DNA of 32,000 bases from an uncultured Caldimicrobium sp. (GCA_964493015.1 CAZBLU010000001.1:28645-60644); one strand, 5' to 3'; shown: positions 8,215 to 16,169, counted from the first letter of the stretch. The notes: a model not told the origin generated them from the sequence alone. Translations and numbers: made by a program.

Positions 8215-10658
8215 TTTTTTACTCTTTTCTTATCATCTTTGAGGACCCTTTCCTTTTCTGCAACTAACAGCCTTGTTTTTACTATAGTATCTGGAGTGAG
8301 GCTCATAGAGTCTATCCCACACTCAACTAAGAATTCGGCAAAATCTGGGAAATCACTTGGAGCCTGCCCACAGATGCCTATCTTTCTCCCAGTTTTTTTG
8401 GCAATCTCGATAACCTCTTTAACCATCTTCTTGACTGCTGGATTTCTCTCATCATAAAGATGGGCCACCAATTCAGAATCCCTATCAAGTCCCAAAGTGA
8501 GCTGAGTAAGATCATTAGAACCGATAGAGAAACCATCGAAGATCTTAGCAAATTCTTCAGCTAAGACCACATTGCTTGGTATTTCGCACATCACATATAT
8601 TTCTAAACCATTTTCACCTCTTTTAAGGCCATACTTCTCCATAATTTCTATTACCTTTTTACCTTCCTCTGGGGTCCTACAAAAGGGAATCATAACCTTA
8701 ACGTTGGTTAATCCCATTTCATTTCTCACCTTGGCTAAGGCCTTGCATTCTAAGGCAAAGGCAGGTTCAAACTTAGGATCATAATAGCGGGATGCCCCTC
8801 TCCACCCTATCATGGGATTATGCTCTTCAGGTTCATAAAGGTAACCACCTAAGAGATTGGCATACTCATTACTTTTAAAATCTGAGAGCCTCACAATGAC
8901 ATCCTTGGGATAAAAAGCAGCTGCAATAGTAGCCACACCTTGAGCAAGCTTATCTACAAAGAAGTCAGCCTTATTTTTATAGGTAGATGTTTTGGCCTCT
9001 ATTTCTCTAACAAGGCGAGCAATTTTCTTATTTGTGGATGCCTTTTGTTTCAACTCCTCAAAATTTATTAATGCCAAGGGATGAATTCCTATGTGAGACC
9101 CTATGATAAATTCTAAACGGGCAAGCCCAACTCCATCATTAGGAATCTGCCCCTGTGCAAAGGCCTGTTCTGGGATCCCCACATTCATCATAATTTTAGT
9201 CTTTGTTTGAGGCATTTTTTCCAGGTCAATCCTTTCCACTTCAAAAGGAATAAGCCCCTCAAGGAGCCTTCCCTCCTCTCCCTGGGTGCAATCCACGGTA
9301 ACTTCCATACCAGTTTTGGCAACCTTAGTAGCTATTTCTGTGCCTACAATACAGGGAATACCAAGCTCGCGTGAAACAATAGCTGCATGGCAAGTCCTTC
9401 CACCTTTATCGGTAACTATAGCTGAAGCCTTTTTCATAATGGGTTCCCAATCAGGATCAGTCATCGTAGTAATAAGGACCTCCCCTGGTTGAAATTCAGA
9501 GATCCCACTTACATCAAGAATCACTCTTGCTCTTCCCTGCCCGATCTTACTTCCTACTGCCTTTCCTGTACAAAGAACCCTTCCCTGGCCTTTGAGTTTG
9601 TAAATTTCATAGAATTTTTGATCCTTTACCGCATGCACTGTTTCAGGCCTTGCCTGGACAATGAAAAGCTCCCCAGTCCCTACTTCCCTTCCATCTCCAT
9701 CTTTTGCCCACTCAATATCCATCGGGCGTCCATAGTGTTCTTCAATAATTATAGCCCACTCTGCCAGCTTTAGAATTTCTTCATCACTTAAGACAAAGGA
9801 ATTTCGCTCTTCTTTGGTTGTCTTAACTTCTCTCAAGGGCTGTCTACTGCTTTTGCCGTAAATCAGCTTGACATCTTTACTACCAAGTTTTTTAGAAAGT
9901 ATAGGTTTGTAACCCATTTTAAGGGTGGGCTTAAAGACATAGAACTCATCAGGATTTACTTTTCCCTGCACCACATATTCTCCAAGACCCCAAGAACCAG
10001 TTATATATACCACATCTTTAAAACCTGATTCAGTATCTAAAGTAAACATTACACCTGAACTTGCCCTGTCAGAACGCACCATTTTTTGCACAGCAACAGA
10101 GAGATATACCGAAAAATGGTCAAACCCTTTATCTTCCCTATAAGAGATAGCCCTGTCTGTGAATAAAGAAGCAAAGCAATGCTGCACATACTTAAGAACT
10201 TCCTTTGCCCCTCTCACATTGAGATAGGTCTCTTGCTGGCCTGCAAAAGAAGCATCAGGAAGGTCTTCAGCAGTAGCCGAAGACCTAACAGCGACATCTG
10301 GATCCTTCCCGTATTTTTGAGCTAACCTCTCATAGGCAGCAACAATTTCCTCAGCCAGTTTGGGAGGCATCTTGGCATGAAGTATGAGGTTTCTCACCTG
10401 TTTCCCTCTTTTCTGCAGGTCATGTACATCATGGGTGTCAAGGCCTTTTAATGCTTCTTTAATTTTTTCATCTAAATGATTCTGCTGGATAAAGTATTTA
10501 TATGCCTCCGCCGTGACCGCAAATCCATAAGGAACATTTATCCCCTTTGAGGTCAGTTTAGAATACATTTCTCCCAGAGAAGCATTTTTCCCCCCTACCA
10601 AAGGTATATCACCATAATGGATCTCATCAAACCAAAGGATCAGGGGTTTATCTGCCAT
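8208..10658 (-). CDS. ppsA: Phosphoenolpyruvate synthase (pyruvate, water dikinase)
   Basis: 816 aa. It has an N-terminal ATP-grasp region (GGKNASLGEM), the phosphohistidine swivel motif GGRTCHAAIVSRELGIPC and a C-terminal PEP-utilising barrel (FSIGSNDLTQ). Confidence 0.95.
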   Translation of the reverse strand: MADKPLILWFDEIHYGDIPLVGGKNASLGEMYSKLTSKGINVPYGFAVTAEAYKYFIQQNHLDEKIKEALKGLDTHDVHDLQKRGKQVRNLILHAKMPPKLAEEIVAAYERLAQKYGKDPDVAVRSSATAEDLPDASFAGQQETYLNVRGAKEVLKYVQHCFASLFTDRAISYREDKGFDHFSVYLSVAVQKMVRSDRASSGVMFTLDTESGFKDVVYITGSWGLGEYVVQGKVNPDEFYVFKPTLKMGYKPILSKKLGSKDVKLIYGKSSRQPLREVKTTKEERNSFVLSDEEILKLAEWAIIIEEHYGRPMDIEWAKDGDGREVGTGELFIVQARPETVHAVKDQKFYEIYKLKGQGRVLCTGKAVGSKIGQGRARVILDVSGISEFQPGEVLITTMTDPDWEPIMKKASAIVTDKGGRTCHAAIVSRELGIPCIVGTEIATKVAKTGMEVTVDCTQGEEGRLLEGLIPFEVERIDLEKMPQTKTKIMMNVGIPEQAFAQGQIPNDGVGLARLEFIIGSHIGIHPLALINFEELKQKASTNKKIARLVREIEAKTSTYKNKADFFVDKLAQGVATIAAAFYPKDVIVRLSDFKSNEYANLLGGYLYEPEEHNPMIGWRGASRYYDPKFEPAFALECKALAKVRNEMGLTNVKVMIPFCRTPEEGKKVIEIMEKYGLKRGENGLEIYVMCEIPSNVVLAEEFAKIFDGFSIGSNDLTQLTLGLDRDSELVAHLYDERNPAVKKMVKEVIEIAKKTGRKIGICGQAPSDFPDFAEFLVECGIDSMSLTPDTIVKTRLLVAEKERVLKDDKKRVKKC

Positions 10659-10685
10659 GGACTCCCTCCCTTGAAAATTTAATTT

Positions 10686-10714
10686 AAAATAGCAAGTTTT
10701 ATTTTTTTTGTCAA
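10686..10714 (-). promoter_or_regulatory. Candidate sigma70-type promoter for ppsA
   Basis: On the minus strand, TTGACA (10714-10709), a 17-nt spacer, then TATTTT (10691-10686). This is followed by a ~27-nt leader with a GGGAGGGAG SD before the ATG at 10658. Confidence 0.4.
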
Positions 10715-10871
10715 GATATAGCCGCTATCATATAAACCTATACTATCTCTTTCTTATAATCTAATCACTTAAGCCACCCTTAAATCCCCTCTAACCTCTA
10801 ATTAGATGTATGGTCAAAGTTTTCCCTTTTTACATTGTCTTGCTAAAATTAAAGATTTATATAAAATTTAA

Positions 10872-10900
10872 TTGACTTTTAAGGTAAAATGTATTACAAT
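10872..10900 (+). promoter_or_regulatory. Candidate sigma70-type promoter for the tpx operon
   Basis: TTGACT (10872-10877), an exactly 17-nt spacer, then TACAAT (10895-10900). A GGGAGGG SD lies at 10913-10919 and the ATG at 10924. Confidence 0.5.
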
Positions 10901-10923
10901 TTTAAAAAATTTGGGAGGGTTTT

Positions 10924-11430
10924 ATGAGTAGAACTGTTACTCTATCAGGAAATCCTGTCACCCTTGTGGGGCAAGAAGTAAAGGTTGGCGAAAGGGCCCC
11001 AGACTTTACAGTTTTAGATAAAGAGCTCAAAGAGGTAAAATTGGATGATTTTAAAGGCAAGATCAAGCTTATAAGTGTAACTCCTTCTTTAGATACCCCT
11101 GTTTGCGACCTTCAGGCCCGTACCTTTAATGAAAGGGCAGCTAAACTTCCTGAGAAGGTGGTTACGCTCAATATTAGTATGGATTTACCCTTTGCTCTCG
11201 CTCGCTTTTGTAGCACTGCTAATATTAATAAAATCTTTGTGCTTTCTGATCACAGAGAGGCCTCCTTTGGCCAAAACTATGGCCTCCTTATCAAAGAGCT
11301 TCGCCTCCTTGCCCGAGCTGTCTTGATCATTGATCAAGAGGATATTATTCGTTATATGGAGATCGTTCCTGAAATTACTCATCATCCTGATTATGATAAG
11401 GCCTTCCAAGAGTTAACCAAAATGCTTTAA
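10924..11430 (+). CDS. tpx: Thiol peroxidase (atypical 2-Cys peroxiredoxin, Tpx type)
   Basis: 168 aa with GERAPDFTV, the peroxidatic Cys in SLDTPVCD and the resolving Cys in DLPFALARFCS. Confidence 0.9.
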   Translation: MSRTVTLSGNPVTLVGQEVKVGERAPDFTVLDKELKEVKLDDFKGKIKLISVTPSLDTPVCDLQARTFNERAAKLPEKVVTLNISMDLPFALARFCSTANINKIFVLSDHREASFGQNYGLLIKELRLLARAVLIIDQEDIIRYMEIVPEITHHPDYDKAFQELTKML

Positions 11431-11441
11431 GGAGGCACCCT

Positions 11442-11951
11442 ATGAAGGCTCTAATAATAAGTGCCGATAACTTTGAGGATACAGAATTATTATATCCCTT
11501 CTATCGCTTAATAGAGGAGGGAATCGAAGTAGATATTGCTTCTCTCAACAAGGGTAAAATTAAGGGAAAACACGGATATATTGTTGAAGCCAATCTCTCT
11601 GTGGAGGAGGTCCATCCTGAGGCATATGATCTGCTCATCTTACCTGGAGGCAAAGCTCCAGCCAAACTAAGGGAAAATGTCAAGGTATTGGAGATAGTTA
11701 AGTCCTTCTTTGAAAAGGGTAAGATCATTGGGGCTATTTGCCATGGTCCCCAAATCCTTATCTCTGCAGGTCTTTTAGCGGGAAAGCGCGCAACAGCTTA
11801 TAAGAGTGTAGCCAAGGAGTTAATTGAGGCCAAAGCCCATTATGAGGATAAAGAGGTAGTAATGGATGGAAATCTTATCACCTCTCGGTGGCCTTTAGAT
11901 CTTCCCTATTTCATGAAAGAGATTTTAAAGGCCCTAAAATCCCAAAATTAA
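11442..11951 (+). CDS. DJ-1/PfpI family protein (PfpI-type intracellular protease/deglycase)
   Basis: 169 aa with FEDTELLYP, LILPGG and the nucleophile elbow AICHGPQIL. AAGGAGG lies upstream of the ATG. Confidence 0.85.
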   Translation: MKALIISADNFEDTELLYPFYRLIEEGIEVDIASLNKGKIKGKHGYIVEANLSVEEVHPEAYDLLILPGGKAPAKLRENVKVLEIVKSFFEKGKIIGAICHGPQILISAGLLAGKRATAYKSVAKELIEAKAHYEDKEVVMDGNLITSRWPLDLPYFMKEILKALKSQN

Positions 11952-11960
11952 GGAGGTGTT

Positions 11961-12572
11961 ATGAAAGTTCTTATTGTTTATTACAGCACCTTTGGAAATA
12001 CCTATAAAATGGCCTTAGAGGTAGCTGAGGGAGTGAGAACCGTTTCAGGGGCTGAACCTGTAATCAGGACGGTCCCAGAATTAATCCCTGAAGAAATTAT
12101 CCAATCAAGGGAAGACATAAAGAGAGGAAAGGAGCTACAAAAGGATGTTCCTCTGGTCACCTTAGAAGATTTTAGAGAGGCAGGAGCTATAGCCTTTGGC
12201 ACACCCACCCGCTTTGGAGTGGTCTCAGCCCAACTGAAAAACCAGATTGACAAGCTATCTCCCCTCTGGCAAGAAGGTGCCTTAGAGGGAAAGCCAGCTG
12301 GTATCTTTGTCTCCACTGCAACTCTTCATGGGGGACAGGAAATGACCATCTTTTCCCTACTACCTGCTCTGCTTCACTTAGGGATGATCTTTGTAGGTGT
12401 TCCCTACTCGGTAAAGAATCTTTTTACTACTAAGGGAGGGGGCTCCCCCTATGGGCCTGGGCATGTGGCAGGAGATAATTCCCAGCGAGAACTTGACGAA
12501 GATGAGAGGGCTATCTTGAGGGCCTTTGGTAAGAGACTTGCAGAAATTGGTTTGAAATTGCAGGGACAGTAG
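11961..12572 (+). CDS. wrbA: NAD(P)H:quinone oxidoreductase, WrbA-type flavodoxin-like protein
   Basis: 203 aa with MKVLIVYYSTFGNTYKMA, FGTPTRFG and ...TLHGGQE....PYG, the typical WrbA pattern. Confidence 0.85.
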   Translation: MKVLIVYYSTFGNTYKMALEVAEGVRTVSGAEPVIRTVPELIPEEIIQSREDIKRGKELQKDVPLVTLEDFREAGAIAFGTPTRFGVVSAQLKNQIDKLSPLWQEGALEGKPAGIFVSTATLHGGQEMTIFSLLPALLHLGMIFVGVPYSVKNLFTTKGGGSPYGPGHVAGDNSQRELDEDERAILRAFGKRLAEIGLKLQGQ

Positions 12573-13115
12573 ATGCTCCTTTTGCACATCTGTTGTGGCC
12601 CCTGTAGTCTTTATCCCATTACTAAACTTAGAGAAAAAGGTATCTCCTTTAAGGGCTTTTTTTATAATCCCAATATCCATCCTTATCAGGAATTCAAAGC
12701 AAGGATCTCTGCCCTTGAGGAAATAGCACGTGTTAAGGGCTTTGAAGTGCTTTGGGAAAAAACTTATGGCTTGAGATTCTTCCTTGAAGAGACCCTGTTT
12801 CAGTGGGAAAAGCCAAAAAGATGTGAGAGATGTTATTATTTGCGCCTTGATAAAACGGCTCGCTTAGCACGTGAATTGGGGGCTTCCGCCTTTTCTACCA
12901 CCTTACTCCAAAGCCCCTTTCAGTACCATGAGCTCATTCGAGAAATAGGAGAAGAATTGAGCCATCGCTACAAAATACCCTTTTATTATGAAGATTGGAG
13001 ACCTGGTTATAAAGAGGGTAAGGAAGAAACCCTGGCCTTAGGAGTCTATCGCCAAAAATATTGCGGATGTATCTTTAGTGAAGAAGAACGCTTTGTCAAT
13101 AAGAAAAAGGTTTAA
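12573..13115 (+). CDS. queH: Epoxyqueuosine reductase QueH (DUF208 family)
   Basis: 180 aa with LLLHICCGPCS, CERCYYLRL and YCGCIFSEEE cysteine motifs. The ATG directly abuts the wrbA TAG (TAGATG). Confidence 0.8.
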   Translation: MLLLHICCGPCSLYPITKLREKGISFKGFFYNPNIHPYQEFKARISALEEIARVKGFEVLWEKTYGLRFFLEETLFQWEKPKRCERCYYLRLDKTARLARELGASAFSTTLLQSPFQYHELIREIGEELSHRYKIPFYYEDWRPGYKEGKEETLALGVYRQKYCGCIFSEEERFVNKKKV

Positions 13116-13120
13116 ATAAA

Positions 13121-13140
13121 GGGGAGCTAAAGCGCTCCCC
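13121..13140. terminator. Bidirectional hairpin terminator between convergent queH and the SOR-like gene
   Basis: GGGGAGC-taaagc-GCTCCCC, a 7-bp GC-rich stem. On the minus strand it is followed by TTTATTT. Confidence 0.6.
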
Positions 13141-13152
13141 CTAATCATTTTA

Positions 13153-13587
13153 CTACTTTACTGTATATTCAGAGACCCAAAGATCGTGAAGATTACAGAA
13201 GCTGGTAGCGTAGATCTTACCCTTATAGCCTTGGGGTAGCTGATAAGTAGATCTGGCCTCTCTATCATTGGGAGTGAAGACCTTGGATCCAAGGATATTG
13301 CCTTTTTCGTCAATAAGAGTATGTCTCACAATGAAATGAGCGTCAGTCATAACATGATAGGTAAAAACGCTTACCTTATCACCTTGAACTTCAATAATCG
13401 GGGCATGACTTCCTGCCTTTCCTTTCCAAATACCCTCATTATCCTTAGTGTAAATAATAGCCTTCATTACATGAGAGGGCAAGTTTTCTGGTAAAATAGC
13501 AAAGGCCTCTCTTACCTTTAAGAGGTCAAACATAGTTAACCCACCAATACCAGCAAGCACAATCTTCATAAAATCTCTTCTCTCCAT
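13153..13587 (-). CDS. Tat-signal-bearing superoxide reductase (desulfoferrodoxin ferrous-iron domain)-like protein
   Basis: 144 aa. The N-terminus MERRDFMKIVLAGIGGLTMF...AFA is a twin-arginine signal. The body matches the 1Fe-SOR pattern, with candidate iron ligands in SHAPIIE, YHVMTDAHFI and FCNLHDLW. A GGAGGTGA SD is present. Confidence 0.7.
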   Translation of the reverse strand: MERRDFMKIVLAGIGGLTMFDLLKVREAFAILPENLPSHVMKAIIYTKDNEGIWKGKAGSHAPIIEVQGDKVSVFTYHVMTDAHFIVRHTLIDEKGNILGSKVFTPNDREARSTYQLPQGYKGKIYATSFCNLHDLWVSEYTVK

Positions 13588-13612
13588 ACTTTCACCTCCA
13601 GTTTTTGAAAAA

Positions 13613-13640
13613 AATATAAGTCCTAAATTGTAAAATTCAA
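13613..13640 (-). promoter_or_regulatory. Candidate promoter for the SOR-like gene
   Basis: On the minus strand, TTGAAT (13640-13635), a 16-nt spacer, then TATATT (13618-13613). A ~25-nt leader carries the SD. Confidence 0.35.
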
Positions 13641-13680
13641 GATCAGCTTGTAATTATTTTTTGAAAAATTTTTTAAATTT

Positions 13681-13710
13681 TTCTTAAAATTTTCTTAAAT
13701 TTATCTAAAT
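13681..13710. repeat. Three phased ~10-bp AT-rich repeats (ttcttaaaat / tttcttaaat / ttatctaaat)
   Basis: Read directly. The repeats have 10-nt periodicity and sit in the divergent SOR-like/GYD intergenic region. Confidence 0.7.
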
Positions 13711-13750
13711 AATTTCAGGGGTAATTTAGAAAAAGAGCTCAAATATAACC

Positions 13751-13779
13751 TTGACTTGAAACAAGGTTTTTCATAAAAT
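13751..13779 (+). promoter_or_regulatory. Candidate sigma70-type promoter for the GYD-domain gene
   Basis: TTGACT (13751-13756), a 17-nt spacer, then TAAAAT (13774-13779). The inverted repeat AACCTTG-N8-CAAGGTT (13747-13768) overlaps the -35. Confidence 0.5.
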
Positions 13780-13816
13780 AATTATTAAAAAATAATTTTA
13801 AAAGGAGGTGAAGGTT

Positions 13817-14104
13817 ATGCCTATTTATGTAGTTTTAAGTAAGCTTACAGATTCGGGAAGAGAGACCATCAAAGAAAAACCTCATCGTATTTTTGAGGTC
13901 AACAAGGAGCTTGAAGCTATGGGCATTAAAGTGCTTCAACAATATGCTGTTCTTGGGCCCTATGATTTTGTTAATATTATTGAGGCTCCTGACAATGAAA
14001 CGGTGATGAAGATGTCTATCGAGCTTGGCGCAAGAGGCTCTGTAGAATTAATGAGCCTTCCAGCGGTAAGAGTTGATGAATTCCTGAAAATTATTGGTAA
14101 ATAA
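13817..14104 (+). CDS. GYD domain-containing protein
   Basis: MPIYVVLSKLTDSGRETIKEKP...LGPYDFVNIIEAPDNETVMKMSIELGARGSV... is the GYD-family pattern. The ATG at 13817 with AAAGGAGG 8-9 nt upstream is preferred over the GTG at 13808. Confidence 0.8.
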   Translation: MPIYVVLSKLTDSGRETIKEKPHRIFEVNKELEAMGIKVLQQYAVLGPYDFVNIIEAPDNETVMKMSIELGARGSVELMSLPAVRVDEFLKIIGK

Positions 14105-14110
14105 CTTTAA

Positions 14111-14131
14111 AGAGGGGCGTTAGGCCCCTCT
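14111..14131. terminator. Hairpin terminator after the GYD gene
   Basis: AGAGGGGC-gttag-GCCCCTCT, an 8-bp stem. The downstream T-tract on the plus strand is only short. Confidence 0.5.
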
Positions 14132-14136
14132 TAGGT

Positions 14137-14481
14137 CTAATCTTTACAGATTTCTATGCGATCTTTTACCCTTTTTAAGATAGAGTGTAGATATTTGGCC
14201 TCACCGAAACTCATAATAGAATAAGCTCTTCCGCTTCTTCCTGCTCTTCCTGTTCTTCCTATCCTGTGAATATAAGAATCTGTATCTTTGGGCAACAGGT
14301 TATCTGTCGCCACAAGGATGTTAAAGGCGCCCTCTCTAATGCCTCTCAAGACCGCTTCCCTCTTCCTTTGGCCTTGTTCCCCCTGCAAGGCCTCTACTTT
14401 AAAACCGAGCTCCTTCAATTCCTTAGAGAGCTCTTCTGCTTCCTTCTTGGTATGGGTAAAGACAAGATTGCAGAAAAAAAA
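14137..14481 (-). pseudogene. Relic of a DEAD-box RNA helicase (C-terminal RecA domain only, with an internal deletion)
   Basis: Translation gives FCNLVFTHTKKEAEELSKELKELGFKVEALQGEQGQRKREAVLRGIREGAFNILVATD-NLLPKDTDSYIHRIGRTGRAGRSGRAYS.... Motif VI (HRIGRTGRAG) is present. Motif V and the following segment (VAARG.D....V.NYD) are missing. There is no domain 1 at all, because the upstream gene ends at 14492. A run of nine A (plus strand, 14474-14482) lies at the 5' edge. Confidence 0.65.
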
Positions 14482-14491
14482 AGACCCCTCT

Positions 14492-15238
14492 TTAGATAAG
14501 TGAAAGCTCCTCTAAGGCCTTAACCTCTTTATGCGGTAATTTGCTTATATCTTCCTTTATACAGTATATTACTCTAAATCTCTGATTGAGCTCCTTTAAG
14601 ACCAGCTCTAATTTTTCAGAAGATACTTCTTCAAATCTAATAAAGACTAAACGCTTTGTATCAGAAGGTTTCTCCTCTTGAACTGCACTTTCCATGGGAA
14701 GGGCCATCTCTTCCTTCCATGTTAGGAGGCTATATATGGAAACTTGAAAGCGTTTAAGTATATCAAAGAGATCGGACAACTCGTAGGAATGATTGATGAG
14801 TAGGCTGATTTGGTAGGGACTATAGTAGATCCCTGTAATATTCACAAAGAGCTTAAAGATATCTGTTTGGGTTATGATACCCACGACCTGGCCTTCCTCG
14901 TTAACCACAGGAAGCCCTGAAATTTTATTTTCAAGCATTAACACGGCGGCATATTCCACCGTGTCATCAGGCCTTACAGTTAAAGGATCTTTAGTCATAA
15001 TGTCTTTTAATTTTAGTTCTGATAAGAGGTAATACAGTTCATGGACCTCAAAGGTGGTAATCTTTGAAGGAGTTGCCTCTTTTATGTCTCTATCTGTTAC
15101 AATTCCGACAAGTTTTCCTTCCCTGGTTACGGGAATTCTTCTTATCTTATGTTCTTTTAAGACCTGAATGGCTTTCATGATAGAGACATTCTCATCTAAG
15201 GTTATTACATGTTCTGACATCCAGTCTTTAACGAGCAT
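14492..15238 (-). CDS. CBS-pair domain protein with a C-terminal ACT-like extension (AcuB-like)
   Basis: 248 aa with two CBS repeats (VKDWMSEHVITL...IRRIPVTREGKLVGIVTDRDI and LKDIMTKDPLTV...ISGLPVVNEEGQVVGIITQTDI). Confidence 0.8.
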   Translation of the reverse strand: MLVKDWMSEHVITLDENVSIMKAIQVLKEHKIRRIPVTREGKLVGIVTDRDIKEATPSKITTFEVHELYYLLSELKLKDIMTKDPLTVRPDDTVEYAAVLMLENKISGLPVVNEEGQVVGIITQTDIFKLFVNITGIYYSPYQISLLINHSYELSDLFDILKRFQVSIYSLLTWKEEMALPMESAVQEEKPSDTKRLVFIRFEEVSSEKLELVLKELNQRFRVIYCIKEDISKLPHKEVKALEELSLI

Positions 15239-15260
15239 AGCCTCCTCCTCTTCAACTTAG

Positions 15261-16169
15261 TTAACTTAATCCACCGTAACTGTGCAATCCTGAAAGTAGG
15301 AAATTGACTCCAAAATAGGTGAACAAGACAGCTACGAAGCCTAACAAAGAGATCCAGGCTATTTTATTCCCCTGCCAGCCTCTAATAAGCCGTGCATGAA
15401 TAGCTCCAGCGTAGATAAGCCAGGTAATAAGGGACCAGGTCTCTTTTGGGTCCCAGCTCCAATAGTTCCCCCAGGCCTGATCCGCCCATATGGCACCAGT
15501 GATAATACCAATACTTAACCAGAAAAACCCAAAAAGTATACTTTTATACATAAAATTATCTAAGACTGGTTTAGAGGGTAAATATCTCTGGACGCTTGGC
15601 TTATTAGCAAGTAGGTAAAAAAATCCCACCACAAAGGCTACTCCAAAGGAGGCATAACCAAGAAAACAGGTTATCACATGGGCTATGAGCCAGTTACTCT
15701 TTAAGGCGGGAATTAGGGGCTTTATAGAAGAGTCTGCCTTAAAATTGGCAAAGGCCATAACTAAGCTTGCCAATATAAAGACAAGGCTTCCAAAAATTTT
15801 TTTATCTAAGCGTAACTCCCAAAAGAGATAAAACCCCGCCAAGGCTAAGCCAAAAAAAACCAAAGATTCATAAAGATTGGAAAGGGGCACATAACCAAAG
15901 CCAGTCTGATAGGTTTGTATCCACCTCAAAAAAAATCCATATAGATTTGCTACAAATCCTCCCCAGCCAATAGCTGACCCAATTAAAGCCCCCCTCTCCC
16001 AATTAAAAATCCAATGAATAAGATAAATAATTCCGGCGGTAAGATAGACAAAGGTAACAAGGGTAAAAACAAAAGCATTATCAGGAAGGAGCGTCTTCTC
16101 TTGAAAAGCAGTAAAAAGATAAAGGGCTAAAGCTATTACAACACCTAAAAGAAGGTTCTTATACTTCAT
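15261..16169 (-). CDS. ccsA: Cytochrome c biogenesis protein CcsA/ResC (System II haem handling)
   Basis: 302 aa and polytopic. It has the W-rich WWD motif WGNYWSWDPKETWSLITW and conserved His residues (IAHVI, GAIHARL, GLHSYG). Confidence 0.85.
   Translation of the reverse strand: MKYKNLLLGVVIALALYLFTAFQEKTLLPDNAFVFTLVTFVYLTAGIIYLIHWIFNWERGALIGSAIGWGGFVANLYGFFLRWIQTYQTGFGYVPLSNLYESLVFFGLALAGFYLFWELRLDKKIFGSLVFILASLVMAFANFKADSSIKPLIPALKSNWLIAHVITCFLGYASFGVAFVVGFFYLLANKPSVQRYLPSKPVLDNFMYKSILFGFFWLSIGIITGAIWADQAWGNYWSWDPKETWSLITWLIYAGAIHARLIRGWQGNKIAWISLLGFVAVLFTYFGVNFLLSGLHSYGGLS

Noticed and set aside
8239-9773. Four plus-strand ORFs inside ppsA (8239-8457, 8572-8784, 9286-9492, 9489-9773).
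   Set aside because: They are antisense to a highly conserved 816-aa enzyme gene, and their translations look like shadow products rich in S/L/I/F.
10846-10873. AT-rich inverted repeat AAATTAAA-N13-TTTAATT abutting the tpx -35, considered as a possible PerR/Fur-type operator.
   Set aside because: It is made only of A and T in an AT-rich spacer, so a chance occurrence is very likely. It does not match the PerR/Fur consensus as I remember it.
11129-12680. ORFs 11129-11326 (+), 11185-11409 (-), 11501-11728 (-), 12002-12316 (-) and 12378-12680 (-), overlapping tpx, pfpI, wrbA and queH.
   Set aside because: Each overlaps a gene with clear family motifs, either in another frame or on the other strand. 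The 100-aa ORF at 12378-12680 spans a gene junction but has no SD or start context.
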